From Lama guanicoe (Eukaryota): a DNA stretch of 64,000 nucleotides. Below the pieces are notes generated by a model. That model was not told the DNA's origin. It did no database searches and saw only the letters and a list, made by a program, of their open reading frames with translations. The position numbers and the translations under genes were made by a program. The stretch lies in the NCBI GenBank assembly GCA_013239625.1, contig MU053934.1, positions 7,895,352-7,959,351 of the forward strand, given 5' to 3'. Shown here piece by piece: positions 37,927-49,842 of this stretch; positions within the stretch are counted from its first letter, which is position 1; each line of letters begins with the position of its first letter.

Positions 37927-37979
37927 NNNNNNNNNNNNNNNNNNNNNNNNNNNNNNNNNNNNNNNNNNNNNNNNNNNNN
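37927..37979. other. Assembly gap (53 N) in the SULT4A1 5' UTR
   Basis: Run of n directly upstream of ggcggcATG. Confidence 1.
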
Positions 37980-38751
37980 GCACCCGTCGCCCCCAGCCGC
38001 CGCGCGCCGCTCCGCAGGCTTGACGTCACGGCGCCGCCCGGCCCGCGCCCCGCCCCAGCCGGCGCTGGAGAAGGCGCTCCGTGGCTGTGACGTCACGACG
38101 CCGCGGCGCCCTGGCCGGTATGACGTCATGGCCCCGCCCTCCAGGCGCCCGCTGCCTTCCGCAGACGTGACGTCGTGGGGCCTCCTGCCTGCCGCGCCCC
38201 ACCCCCGGCCACCATCACCCTCCCGCCACCGGGACCGCCCAAGACCCCGGCCCGCCCTGCTTCTCCCAGCCCGCAGCCGCATCACCTCCATCACGCGTTC
38301 GTTCACCAACCCGGTGATTCTGTCATACAGCGAGCCGTCAACACAGAATCACGAAATACTCCAGCTAGGAGCAACCTTAAAGATTCATTCATTCAGCAAT
38401 TATTTAGGGAGCATCCGATAGGTACCAGGCACTGGTGGAGGTCCCGACCAGTGAGGCTGGCAAAAGCCTGGCCCTCTTGGACCTTACATTTGTAAATAAC
38501 CAAGGTAATTTCGGGTAGTGACAGGTGCTATGATGAACATGCATACAGTATCCTGGTGGCAGAAAGGGGGGCGGTGTTAATTGCAGATTCCCAGGGCCAA
38601 CCCCAGACCTCAAGATACCCAAGACTCTGGAGATGGTGCCTCTCAAATCTGCATTTTAAAAGTACTTCTTATGCAGAATACAAGTTAAGAACAACCGATT
38701 TCTACAGAGATTTTAGAACAACTTCTCGTCCTTTCACTCAAGAAACATAAA

Positions 38752-39060
38752 CAGGCGTACATCATTCTATTGCGCTTTGCAGAAGTGTTTGTTACAAATT
38801 GAAGTTTTGTAACAACCCTGCATCCTCAAATGATGGTTAGTAATTTTTAGCAATAAAATATTTGTTAGTAAAGTCATGAAAATTGGGGGGTTTTTAGAAG
38901 TAATGCTATTACACACTTAATAGACTACCTTATTATGTAAATATAACTTATATGCAGTGAGAAACCAAAAAAAAATAGTCGTGTGACTCGCTTTATTGCA
39001 GTATTAACTTCATTACAGTGATCTGGAACCACATCTGCAATATCTCTTAGGTATGCCAGT
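38752..39060. mobile_element. Tigger1-derived internally deleted Tc1/mariner element
   Basis: Ends caggcgtac... and ...ggtatgccag resemble Tigger1 TIRs; internal gtgactcgctttattgc and gatgatggttag-like segments. Confidence 0.75.
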
Positions 39061-39879
39061 ATTAAGCACCTACTACATGCTGGGGAAACACAAAGATGAA
39101 AGCGATGAAGTCCTGATCTAATTCTGTGAGGTTTGGTGTCCCTGGCTGTGAAAGCGGAATGATAATCTCCACCCTTACGTACTTATAGTTGGAAGGACAG
39201 AGATAATTACACCAGCAAGAATCCGGGGCAAAGCGGATAGGTGGGACCTTCTTGCTCTCTCTCCTTCCTCCTCTGGACTGAGACACCCGCAGTCTGGCAT
39301 GGGGGACATACACGTGGGCTGAGAGGCATGGGCCATGTGTACACAGTGGGGCAGAGATAGAAGAGCATTATCCCTGATGGAGGAGGCTTGAGGATGTCTT
39401 TACAAAAATGAAACAGAACATTCCAAGCACCCAAGACATCATGAAGAACGATTGGGTAATGACACAAAGACAGGCAGCCAAAGGCTGGAGGAACTGAGTG
39501 AGTGAGTAAGCTGATGTTTAGATGAGGTTCTCACTATGGAAGAAGACAAGGAAGAACCTTGTGGTTTTATATTGGAATCTAGGGTATTGACATGAAGTTT
39601 TTTTTTTCACATATCTATTTCTTATCTTTGCTGAAAAGGCCTTTAGGCCCTGTATTCCCCTAGGCATACCCAGTTCCCAGATCTTGGTTTCTAAATACTT
39701 CCCCACCAAAAGGAACTAGAGTTTCTTGGAGAAGAGGCTGACTCTGGGGCTAGGCAAAGAAAGTAAAAGATGAGCCTAAAATATCTTTGGGGACAAAAAA
39801 AAAAAAGAAAGAAAGAAAGTGTTGAAAATGATGGGAATAGGTCCAAAGAACACAGGATCTAGCTTGAAAGACCAAATTA

Positions 39880-40250
39880 GGAAAAATTTGCACATATTAG
39901 ACAAGAATTGGAGACAACTCCAATGTCCACCAACATTAGACTGGGTAAACTGTGATGCATTCATACAATGGAATTCTTACTACACAGTGATTTTTTAAAA
40001 AAAGAATTACTGGTATATGCAACAACATAGATGAATTTCACAGTCAAAATGAAGAACAAAAGAAGCCAAACACAAAAGGCAGCGTGTTGTATAATTCCAT
40101 TCATATACAATTCAAGGACAAACAAAACTAATTTGTAGTCAGAGGTCAAAAAAATGTTTAATTTGGGGCAACGGGAGGGGGTTGACTGGGAATAGACATG
40201 AGTACCCTCCAGAATACTGGCATCACTAAGATGCTCTTAGTGATGGTTAC
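39880..40250 (+). mobile_element. Old L1 (L1M-type) 3' fragment
   Basis: aattggagacaactccaatgtccacc...ataattccattcatatacaattcaag. Confidence 0.65.
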
Positions 40251-41796
40251 ATGATGATATAGGCAGAATATAGATGTATATACAGATGCAGACACAGGGG
40301 AGTCAGAAGAGCCCTGCACTTGGGCTTTAAAGCTCTGTGGTCACATCTTAAAATTCTTAATAACTTTATCTGTGCATTTGTGCTTCGTAAGTGAAGTCTG
40401 ATGGATCAATGAAGCATGGGCTGAGGGCTTGGAGCCTTGACTCACGTGTGGTCCCACCTCCTGCCACCTTCCCAGGACAAGTTCTTGACTGTCCACTCCT
40501 CTGTCCTCTAGTGTCTCAACCTGTGACCATGGGGTCTGGAGATCAAACTTTAGAGAGTCAGGTATGATGCTGACACCCTACAGCTTCTCAGGGTGGGGCA
40601 GGATAGAAGCCATCCCTGTCTCTGTCCTAGGCTGTCAGCATCCCAGTGCATTTGGTAGATGAATCAACAAAGGTGAACTTCTCTCCCACCACCCATTCAG
40701 GTACCCATTTCTCTGGTGGGGATGTTGCAATACCCTTGGGGCAGCAGGTCAGTGGGAAGGAGTGATGCCCCACTCCCAGCCAGGGCTTCGTGGGTCTGCC
40801 TCAAAGCTGACAGGAGGAAATGGACAGCCAACGAGCTGCTCCATGAGTCGTGGAGTGGGTCTCCCAGCTCCGCTGAGGGTCTGCAGGTGCCCTGTGAGTA
40901 TCCCAGTTTTGGAGAGAGTGGCATTAAATAGAAAACTGAAAACACCATGACAGGTTGAGAGATTGTGGGAGAAGGTGAAAAGTTTTATATTTTAGTAACT
41001 TTAATGACACTTTTTCCTCCTTTTAAACAAGAGGCCCTACATTTTAATCTTGCACTAGGACCTGCAAATTATGTCTTATATAAATGTATGTATAAAAAAG
41101 TTATTGAAGTATACTTAAGATTTGCATATGTATGCTATACCTAAATAATTTACTCTGTGTATGCACGTATGTATTTAAGCTAAAAGAAAATATTTTAAAT
41201 GATATATGTTAAAATTAATTAGGAAAGGAACTGTAGGAAAAAAAAGCTTATGATTCCATACTGAAACTAAGAAAAACGAATGAATTAATGAATGAATTAA
41301 TAAGTGAATGAATGAATGAGGAGAGAAGAGAAAGCTCTTCTTTTCAGTAAAATGTCAACTAAGAAATACAGAATGAATGATAAGAGTTATAAAATCACCA
41401 TTTTGCAGCCATCATAATAATAATTAATCAGATAAGTATATCATTCGAAGCTAAAGCCATCAATGGATAAAGATTTGTTGAGGAAAATGTATTTTTCCAG
41501 TCTCAGTGCATTTACTCCAGATCATTTATCAATTACAAAGGAAAAGGGATCACTTTATATTGAAGGAATCTGGCAGACACCATCTTAACCAAGTTATCAA
41601 AATAGACATCACCAGTTTACATGGCAAACTGACACCTGAGCCTCTTGATGTGATGTGAGGGACAAAGAATCACTTGTGTGGTTTTCCCACCGAAAATTCA
41701 TATCCTGAATCTAATAATGAGGACAGAATACAAAACCAAAGTCAGGGGACAGTCAGTAAAACACCTGAGCTGTACTCCTCAGAAATGTCAGTGTCA

Positions 41797-41991
41797 GGGG
41801 AAGGGTATAGCTTAAAGTGTCAGGGTGCCTGCTTAGTATGCAGGAGGTCCTGGGTTCAATCCCCAGTACCTCCTCTAAAAATAAATAAATAAACCTAATT
41901 ACCTCTCTCCGCCGAAAAAAAACTTTAAAGAAAATTTTTAAACAAAAATTAAAAAACAAAAATAGACAAATAAAATAGTCAAGTAAAAAAT
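41797..41991 (+). mobile_element. tRNA-Ala-derived SINE (camelid vic-1 type) with target-site duplication
   Basis: ggggaagggtatagct...gcttagtatgcaggaggtcctgggttcaatccccag (B box), A-rich tail; at(g/a)tcagtgtca at 41785-41796 and 41992-42003. Confidence 0.85.
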
Positions 41992-42190
41992 ATATCAGTG
42001 TCATGAAAGACCAAAAAAAAGTTGAAAGAACTGTTCTAGATAAAAGGAGACTAAACGTAATTGACAAAGACGTTCCTGGGACAATTTGCAACATGTGAAT
42101 ATGGGCTTTATATTAGCTAGTAATATTGTATCAATTTTAAATTCCATAAATTTTAACACTGGACTGTGGTTACATAAAAGAATGCTCTTT

Positions 42191-42380
42191 CTCTTTTTTT
42201 TAAACATTTTTTATTGATTTATAGTCATTTTACAATGTTGTGTCAAATTCCAGTGTAGAGCACAATTTTTCAGTTATACATGAACATACATATATTCATT
42301 GTCACATTTTTTTTCGCTGTGAGCTACCACAAGATCTTGTATATATTTCCCTGTGCTATACAGTGTAATCTTGTTTATCT
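42191..42380 (-). mobile_element. Young 5'-truncated L1 3' end nested in older L1 sequence
   Basis: ttttttattgatttatagtcattttacaatgttg...ccctgtgctatacag; flanked by aaagaatg(c/t)tcttt at 42177-42190 and 42381-42394. Confidence 0.85.
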
Positions 42381-42586
42381 AAAGAATGTTCTTTTTCCTA
42401 GGAGGTATGTGTGAAGTATTTGGGGGTGTAGAATTATGATGTCTACAATCTGTTTTCAAATGATTCTACAAAAACCCCACAATTATAACACAAATGTGAT
42501 TGCGTGTGTATATGTACATTGAAAGAGAAGGAAAATGTGGCAAATGTCACAATTGGTTAACGTAGCTGAGGGTATACGTTCATTGT

Positions 42587-43101
42587 TGTATCAGTTTTCT
42601 ATTAATGCTGTAACAAATTACCACACATTCAGTGGCTGACAACATGAATTTATTCTTACAGTTCTGTAGGTCATGCGTCTAATGCATTTGTCACTATGTT
42701 AAAATCAAGGTGTTGGCAAAGCTGTGTTCCCTTCTGGAGGCTCTAGTGATGAATCAATTTACTTGCCTTTTTCAGCCTCTAGAGGCTGCCCACATTCTTT
42801 GGCTCATGGTCCCTTCCTCCACCTACAAAGCCAGCGATGCTGGGCTAGTCTTTTTCACAACATATTACTCTGATACAGACTATTCTTCCTGCCTCTTTCA
42901 CTTTTAAGGTCCCTTCTAATTACATTAGGTCCACCTGATAAATAACTCGGGGTAATCTATTTTACAGTTAGCTGATTAACAACCTTAATTCCATCTGCAA
43001 CCTTAGTTCCCTCTGACATGTAACGTAACATATTTACAGGTTCTGGGGATTAGAACACTGACTTTTTCTGGAGGGTGGGGAGGTGGTATTCTGCCCACCA
43101 C
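42587..43101 (-). mobile_element. MLT1-type MaLR solo LTR
   Basis: tgtatcagttttct...gctgtaacaaattaccac...aaatcaaggtgttggc...ctgcccaccaca with TG...CA ends. Confidence 0.85.
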
Positions 43102-43164
43102 AGTTTATTACTTCTTATAACTGTTCCTTTGGTTTAATTTTTTCAGAATAGAAATCTAAAGAAA

Positions 43165-43825
43165 AACCTCTGTTAACATAGAAAATCCTGAGGACCCTAC
43201 CTAAAAGGTACTAGAATTAGTAAATAAGTTTAGCAAGGTCACAAGACACAAGGCCAACAAACAAAAATCAATTCTATTCCTACATACTAGCAACAAACAA
43301 TTGAAAATTAAAATTTAAAAAATACCACTTGAAATAGCATCAGAACACATTAAATGCTTAGGAATAAATCTAAGAAAATATGTGCAAGATTGTATAACAA
43401 AAGCTACAAAATACTGACAAGAGAAATTGAAGAAATTAAAGAAATAAATACTCTGTCCATCAGTTGGGAGACTGAACATCATTAAGATGCCTGGTCTCCT
43501 AAAATTCATCTATAGAGTCTGTCCAATCCCAAGCAAAATCCCAAAGGGCTCTTTTGTAGAAGTGAGCTAGCTGGTTCTAAAATCTATACGGAAAGCCAAA
43601 GTAACTAGAAATAGTCAAAAACTACTTTGAAAAAGAATACCGAAGTTGAAAGACTCAAACTACCTGATTTGAAGACTTAGTATAAAGCTGTTTACCTTAA
43701 AACTATAAATCAAGACAGTGTGGGATTGGCATAAGCATAGACATATAGATCCATGAGTCAGGATAGAGAATCCAGGAACAGACAAAGACATATATGATCG
43801 ATTCATTTTTGGAAAAAAAAATCCT
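43165..43825 (+). mobile_element. Decayed L1 ORF2 fragment
   Basis: gaaaatcctgagga...ctagaattagtaaataagtttagcaaggtc...caagacagtgtgggattggcataag, L1 ORF2-like with stops. Confidence 0.85.
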
Positions 43826-44013
43826 GAAAGAATAAGGAGCAGAATCTTCTTATGAGCCAAAACTGCCCACGGATCCTGATCTTCCCCGTGGGTGGTAAAC
43901 ACCCCGTCTCTGGGGGTGTGTAAGAGGCTGAATTGTCCTAAGTAACGTGGCTTCGCTAGTTCTCTGCGCTCTGAGATCCCCGAGGCGGCGGCGAGGCAGG
44001 GACGCGGCCGCGG

Positions 44014-44034
44014 GTCGCTGTCCACGGTGCTGAA
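44014..44034 (-). promoter_or_regulatory. RE1/NRSE (REST-binding) element
   Basis: Minus strand TTCAGCACCGTGGACAGCGAC against consensus TTCAGCACCnnGGACAGCGCC: one mismatch, canonical 2-bp spacer. Confidence 0.85.
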
Positions 44035-47000
44035 CGCGCCTCGCTCACCAGATCCGAATGCTCCCCCAACGCGAGACTCTCGGAAACTGCAATACCCAGT
44101 GGCGCTGGGTTTGCTTTCTTTGTGTTCTATCTTGATGCGTATTTTCCTACTCGTATGTACTACCCAATTTTTAAGGTTATGTTCTCCTTTATTAAGGAAA
44201 TGTCAAACATATACAAAATTAAAGAGACTAGCATAATGAACTTTTATGTGCTCATCACCCAATGTCGATTGTTACCAATTCAGATTTTATCATCTCTCAC
44301 CTACTCCTCCCCACTCAGACTATTTTGAAGCAACTCATGTATTATATCGTTTCCTTCACAAACATTTCAGCATAAATCTCTAAAAGATAAGAATTCTTTG
44401 AAAACACATTCCCAATAAATTAACATGACTAAGAAGGAATGATTATTCCTTAACATCACCAAATATCCAGTTAGTGTGCATTCTCAGATTTATGGGTGGG
44501 GTGCAAAGCTCAGAGGGGTTGAGGTATCTGCCCGGGGATGCCTAGTGTAGCCAGGAGTTAGTGCTGGGGCAGAGGTCGCCCCAATAGCATCACGTGACCC
44601 TAGACACAGATCAGCCCATTCTAGCCTGCTTGCCACAGATGACATTAGGAAAAGTCTGAGGCACAGGGTGCTGATTCAAGCAGGTGAACACACCCACAGG
44701 GTGTCCCCTGAGGACACCAGTGTCCAGGAACTACAGGCTCCAACCATATTTGTGCCCGGACAGGTCTAGTTCAAGACTGATATTTCTACAGAAGAGTCCT
44801 GAGTATCAGTATTTCAGCCCAGCATTCTAGTGTACAGACAGGATGGAACCACAGCCTGATCTGGGCTTGAATGCTAACTCCACCAGGGATTGACTGTGGG
44901 ACCCTGGACAAGGAACTTCACCTCTCTGAGCCTCAGATTCCTGGTCTGTTTAATTTGTCATGATCCACCCCCAATCTGCATTTGTGCCTGCAGTCCCCAC
45001 TCATGGAATGACTTTCTACCAACCTGAATTCTAGGTTTCCATTAAAATCCAGTTCAGAAACCCATTCTTCTGTGGCTCATCTCCTCCTGGAATCATCTCT
45101 CTTCCCTCTGACCACAGTGGTATTATCTATGTTACAGACTCAGAACAGAGCTGGAGGCCCCTTAGAAACCAGCTAGTCCAATTCTTGATTTTAAAGACGA
45201 GGAAATGAAGAATTGGTTGAGGAAAGAATTTGCCCAGTGTCATAGAGCAAGTGTACACCGAGGCTGTGTTGGTCTAGGGATCTTTCTGCTGCCTGGAGCA
45301 CACACTTGGGCATTGCCAGGTCTACACTTACCAGTAAACATGACCTCTCCATGCCTTAGTTTCCTCACCCATAAAATGGGGGAGAATAATGCCTACCTCC
45401 TAGGGCTGCTGTGAGAATTAAGTGAGATGATGGGCTTTGAAAACTGTAAAGTGGCATGCAGTTGTGAGGGTTAGATTTCCTATTACCACCACAGAAATAG
45501 CAATAGAGGCTTGTGAGCTGCTGGGAGCAGGGCTCTGCCTCAGGCATCAGGACATACTCAGCAGACAGTTGGCACTCAGAAAGCCAGGGTGGGGAGCCTG
45601 CAGCCAGCCCAGGAATGTGGTTCAAGAATGGGGCCATTGCTGTGCCAGGGCTCCAGGGCTCAGAGAGGCCCTTGGCTAGGACATGGGAAGAAAGAGGAGA
45701 GTGGTGGCCCCATGACTTAAGCGCACTGATAGGACGCCATGGTGCAGGGTCCAAGAGGGCTCTGTTGTCACACAGGGCCAAGCCCCAATCTCAGCTTCTC
45801 TGAGCTTTGTCTGGACTAGTTCCCACCCAGGGTCAGTGTGAGGCCCAAAGGGGGCCCAGTGGTCCTCCTAGTCTGGTGCCTAACACAAAGCAGAAGTGTA
45901 GTGAACGCATTGTCACTCCCTGCTCCCCTTTTCTGAGCAGTAATCCCCACCATGTGACGTAGTCTGCAAGGAGCACTTCATTGTCTCAATATTCCATGAG
46001 TTATGTGCTATTGTCTCCATTTTATACAGGGGAAAACTGAGGCTCTGGGAGAAATAAAGGAATTTCCCTAAGTCACGTCATACTGAGTTGCAGAAGTGGC
46101 ACTCAAACCTGAGTTTAACTGAATTCAGATCCCAGGATCTTTCCTCCACTCTCAGGAGGACACAGAGGTAACACATTGGGGAACTCTGACCTGGAGCAGC
46201 TCGTGGGCTGTCTGCTTTGTCAGCTGAGCCATCAGGAAGAACATGGCCCTGTTGGTAGACAGTGGCTCAGTGAAATCCACAGGGGTTGCTCAAACCAAGT
46301 TCATTCATTTGGAGGCCACAGTAATAGAGACAGTGCCCAGGAGGTGAGAGGTGATGGGCAACTTAGGTCCGGTGCTGGTCATATCATATTGAGGGCAGTG
46401 CTGGCTTCCATATGCTTAGAGGGCCCTGGACAAATGGGGAGTAGGGGCTGGAGCTTGCTGAGCAGCGTGTCTGGGTTGGGGATGTCCCTGAGGAGTGGTT
46501 GTAAGGCATGGGCTGGTTGGTCACCATGGAGAAGAGCAGCTTCAGAGGGATCAGATCTCCACCTTTCTACCCCTGCCAGGCTGTCCCCAGGCAGAAGGAG
46601 CAGCAGGGTCCGTGGGCCTAGAGTGCTGAGCTGGGTTTAGTGGAAGAAAACCACTGGCAGCTGGATTTTAAAGCCACCTGAGAAAATCAATTAAACAAGA
46701 GAGAAAGCGGGAAAGTATTTGTAAACGGTGAAATACGCTGAGGAATGCTTGCCAACAGTCTCTGCAACTATCAAGCTGCAAACCGATGAACTTGACATGT
46801 AAGCTACATGTAATAAAGACCAAAGAGATGTTTTCAGGCCAGAGAATTACAAGCAACTGAGATATTCAACCGAGAGAGCGGGACACATTTAACAGCATGC
46901 AGCTCAGGGAAGGAGAGGATGGTGGGAGTGGCCAATTCTCTCTCTGTCTAAGACACAAAACAAAGCAATGGAGCAAAGAGGAGCCCAGGGCAAGCCCCAA

Positions 47001-47599
47001 AGAACTGACAAGAGAGGGGGTGATGAGGGAGGCCTGATGGCCATGGGAATAGAGGCCTGTGTCCCTGGTGGGGGACAAAGGATGGGGAGCAAGAACATTC
47101 TCAGAGGCCTCCTGAGCCTCTAAATCCTTAACCTGGAGACTCACAAGGCCAGACCTCTGCTTTCCTGGCACAGGAAATCCAAAACCCAGCACCTGGGAGG
47201 AGGGACAGAGCATCCCAGCTCTGTGCAGAGAGGACCACAGGAGTCTGAAGATTACCTGACTCAAGGTAGGATAGCCCCTTTCCTGTTGCAAGGGACAGTA
47301 TCTGTGCCTGTGCCACCCAGCTGACACCAAGAGGGGTCAAAGGCCAGTTCAGTCCCAGCAGATCACAGAGACGGATGGGGAGCTGGAGCACCTCCCGCAC
47401 GTCCTCCCTCTCTGCCCCTCTCCTCTTCCTTTCTCCCCTTCACCCCTCCCCAGGCCCTCCCAAACTCCACTCACTCGCTCATCACTCATCTTTTGGCTTC
47501 CCTGCTCTTGCCCCTCCAATGACTGCCCATCCAGACTCCTAATCACGTGGACAGCGCCCTCCACAACCCAGCCTCTGTCTACCCTGCAACTGCCTCGAC

Positions 47600-48030
47600 G
47601 CTCACAGTGCACCCGTGACTCCCATGGCTCCAGCCACATCAGCTGCCCTGTTTCTTGAAGAGATCAACTTCATTCTCAGCCCAGGGCCTTCGCACTTGCC
47701 ATTCCCTCAGCTCACAAAACTCTTCCCTAGCCCTCGTCTCTCATCTCCAGTCTCACCTCAAATTCCACCTCCTCGGAGAGGCCTTCCCAGACCACCTGGT
47801 CGTTGCTTCCACCCTCCACCCCATTCCCCACCCCTGTCATTCTCAGCCCGCTGCTTCCCCCAGCACTGCCCTTCCTCTGGGTGGTCTTATTTTCACATTT
47901 TCCTGTTTGCCGTTTAGCATCTGCTCCTGCACCCAAAGCAGCATGTAAGTTTTGTTCACAGCTCTGTCCCCAGAGCCTGTAACTCACTAAGTATAAGTCA
48001 AATGAATGAATGAATGAATGAATGAATGAT
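47600..48030 (+). mobile_element. L2 LINE 3' end with (GAAT)n tail
   Basis: cagggccttcgcacttgcc...gaggccttcccagaccacct...ttgttcacagctctgtccccagagcc then aatgaatgaatgaatg. Confidence 0.75.
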
Positions 48031-48049
48031 TATGTCTGTCGTTCACATA

Positions 48050-48055
48050 TTTATT
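48050..48055 (-). terminator. PNPLA5: Probable PNPLA5 polyadenylation signal AATAAA
   Basis: TTTATT on + strand ~1.1 kb past the last-exon stop codons. Confidence 0.55.
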
Positions 48056-49156
48056 ACTTTGCTCCTTTTCCTCTCACATCTGCCTCCACTTCTCCACCAT
48101 CCCCATCCCTCCTCGGGCTGAGTGTCTCTTCAGGGCCTGGCCAGGGGTGCAGTGTGGGTTCTGCTTTGAGGGGAGGAAGAGCAGCGACTCCTAGGAGAGG
48201 GCAGAAGAGGTCTGGCGTCTCGGCATCCTCTGTGCCCGAGGGAGAGGGGGCTGGTTGGGGGAGAGGCGCTGCTACACCACAGACCTTCCTGAGGAACAAG
48301 GCAGGGCAGAGTTGAGGTGGTGGGAGCCAGGCCCTTTGGGCACCCCAACAGAGGCACACGCGGCTGGGACTCTGAAAATACTTTCATACCTCTCTCCCCT
48401 CCCACCCTCCAACCTCCAGCCAAGAGTTCCTGGGGGTGGACCCAGTAAGAGGCGAGAGATCAAGGTTGCTGGAGTGAAGCAGACCATGGAGGTCAGGGTC
48501 ACCCCCATGGGCCACTGTGGGACAGAGAAAGGATCAGAGGGGAGACACACCCCACCCCATCATTTCCATTTGCTCCCTGATCTAATATGAGCCTGTGGCC
48601 TTATCTCCGTCTTCTCTAAAGGGCTCTCTGCCAACAGCTCTAACACAGCCCCCAAACCCCTCATCTCAGAGGATGCGGCCCTGAGCTCCCCAGATGGAGA
48701 TTCCAGAACCAAGATGTGTGTCTCAGCTCCCACCTTCCTTTCTCCCTCTGATGAGACAGGGACGGGGTGGCCTGGGCACACAGTGACCCAGGGGTGTACC
48801 AAGAGGCTGTGCCTTACCCAGAAAAAAAGTACCTGGGCCTCAGGGGACTGGCTCTGGAGCAGAGGCTCCAGAGGGGCTCGGGGTTGGGGGGAGCCTCTTC
48901 CAGCTCCTGGGAGCCACCTGCCCACATGGCCTGAAACAAGGGTCTCCGTCCTCCCTACCCTCCCCGCGGCTGAAAACTCCGGTACCTGCCCTGGGTTGGG
49001 GGCCAGGCTCTGAGCTCTGGAAGGTAAGTCAGGACTCAGGGACTAGGGAAGATGTGAGCACAGGGCAAGGGCCACAAAAGGAGTCAGGAGAGGCCAGTCA
49101 CTGGGCAGGCCCAGCTGGGTCCCCTCAGGCCTGATGGGCGGATCTGGGCTCCTTGG

Positions 49157-49211
49157 TCAGGTCCGTGGGAGGAGCGGTCTCACGGTGGAGCGGGTGGGAG
49201 CCAGCAGCCTG
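49157..49211 (-). CDS. PNPLA5: PNPLA5 exon 9 (terminal), proximal-acceptor form: (S)RLLAPTRSTVRPLLPRT*; alternative form 49125-49290 ends ...SAHQA*
   Basis: ctctgcttcctcag|cag| NAGNAG acceptor; which acceptor and frame are used is uncertain (see findings). Confidence 0.55.
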
Positions 49212-49842
49212 CTGAGGAAGCAGAGCCGGTGAACACAGATTTTCAGAGCCTGGGATTGGGGGAAGCCCTGGGTCACTTTGCTCCCAAGCCCTGTAGTAAG
49301 GAAGGACTTGAGACCCTCGTCCTGGCTGAGCAGGATGGCAGGAAGGTTCCGGGACTGGTCACTCCCTGGGAGCGCTGTGCTGATTTCCTGGCTTAGCAAA
49401 TGGTTGTCAGCTGTGGGAGTGGGTGTGGGAGGACCTCAGGAGTCTCCAGCCAAAAGGGAGGGCAGGTCAGGGAGAGGCAGGCAGCTCCAACCCAGATCCC
49501 ACACAGGGCATGTGGCAGGGGCTGGAAGGACAGCGAAGGTCTGGTGAGGACCTGACAGAGCAGGGAGACTTGTCATCTTCCAGGAGCTTAGGCTGTCTCT
49601 GTGAAGCGGGGTGTGGTGACTCCCCAGAGGCTGGCCGATTGACTGGACGGCTCCTACACCCAGCCCCAGCACGGGTCTGGCCCACAGCAGGGACCAAACA
49701 CCTGCGCTAGGGGCTCCACGGGTGCACGGAACAGGACACTGATGATGTGGGCCGCCTGCCCAGGGTCCAGGGAATCAGCCAGTGCCTCCCCCTCCCAGCA
49801 CAGCCTCTCCCACTCCGCCCCAGGCCCCTCGGCCCATCTCAC

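Larger units (their letters stand above)
37500..38340 (-). promoter_or_regulatory. SULT4A1: SULT4A1 CpG-island promoter with CRE cluster and GC boxes
   Basis: TGACGTCA at 38021-38028, 38088-38095 and 38121-38128; TGACGTCG at 38168-38175; CCCCGCCC GC boxes at ~38048 and ~38132. Confidence 0.9.

Noticed and set aside
37435..38421. Long ORFs (328, 280 aa) over the SULT4A1 CpG island
   Set aside because: Stop-poor GC-rich DNA read through an N gap; only 37752-37920 on the minus strand is real coding sequence.
41797..41870. tRNA-Ala-like sequence (also at 31005)
   Set aside because: Degenerate stems, A-rich tail and TSD show it is a SINE head rather than a tRNA gene.
47549..47558. GGACAGCGCC RE1 right half-site (and TTCAGCACC left half at ~5237)
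   Set aside because: Isolated half-sites with no partner half at a suitable spacing.
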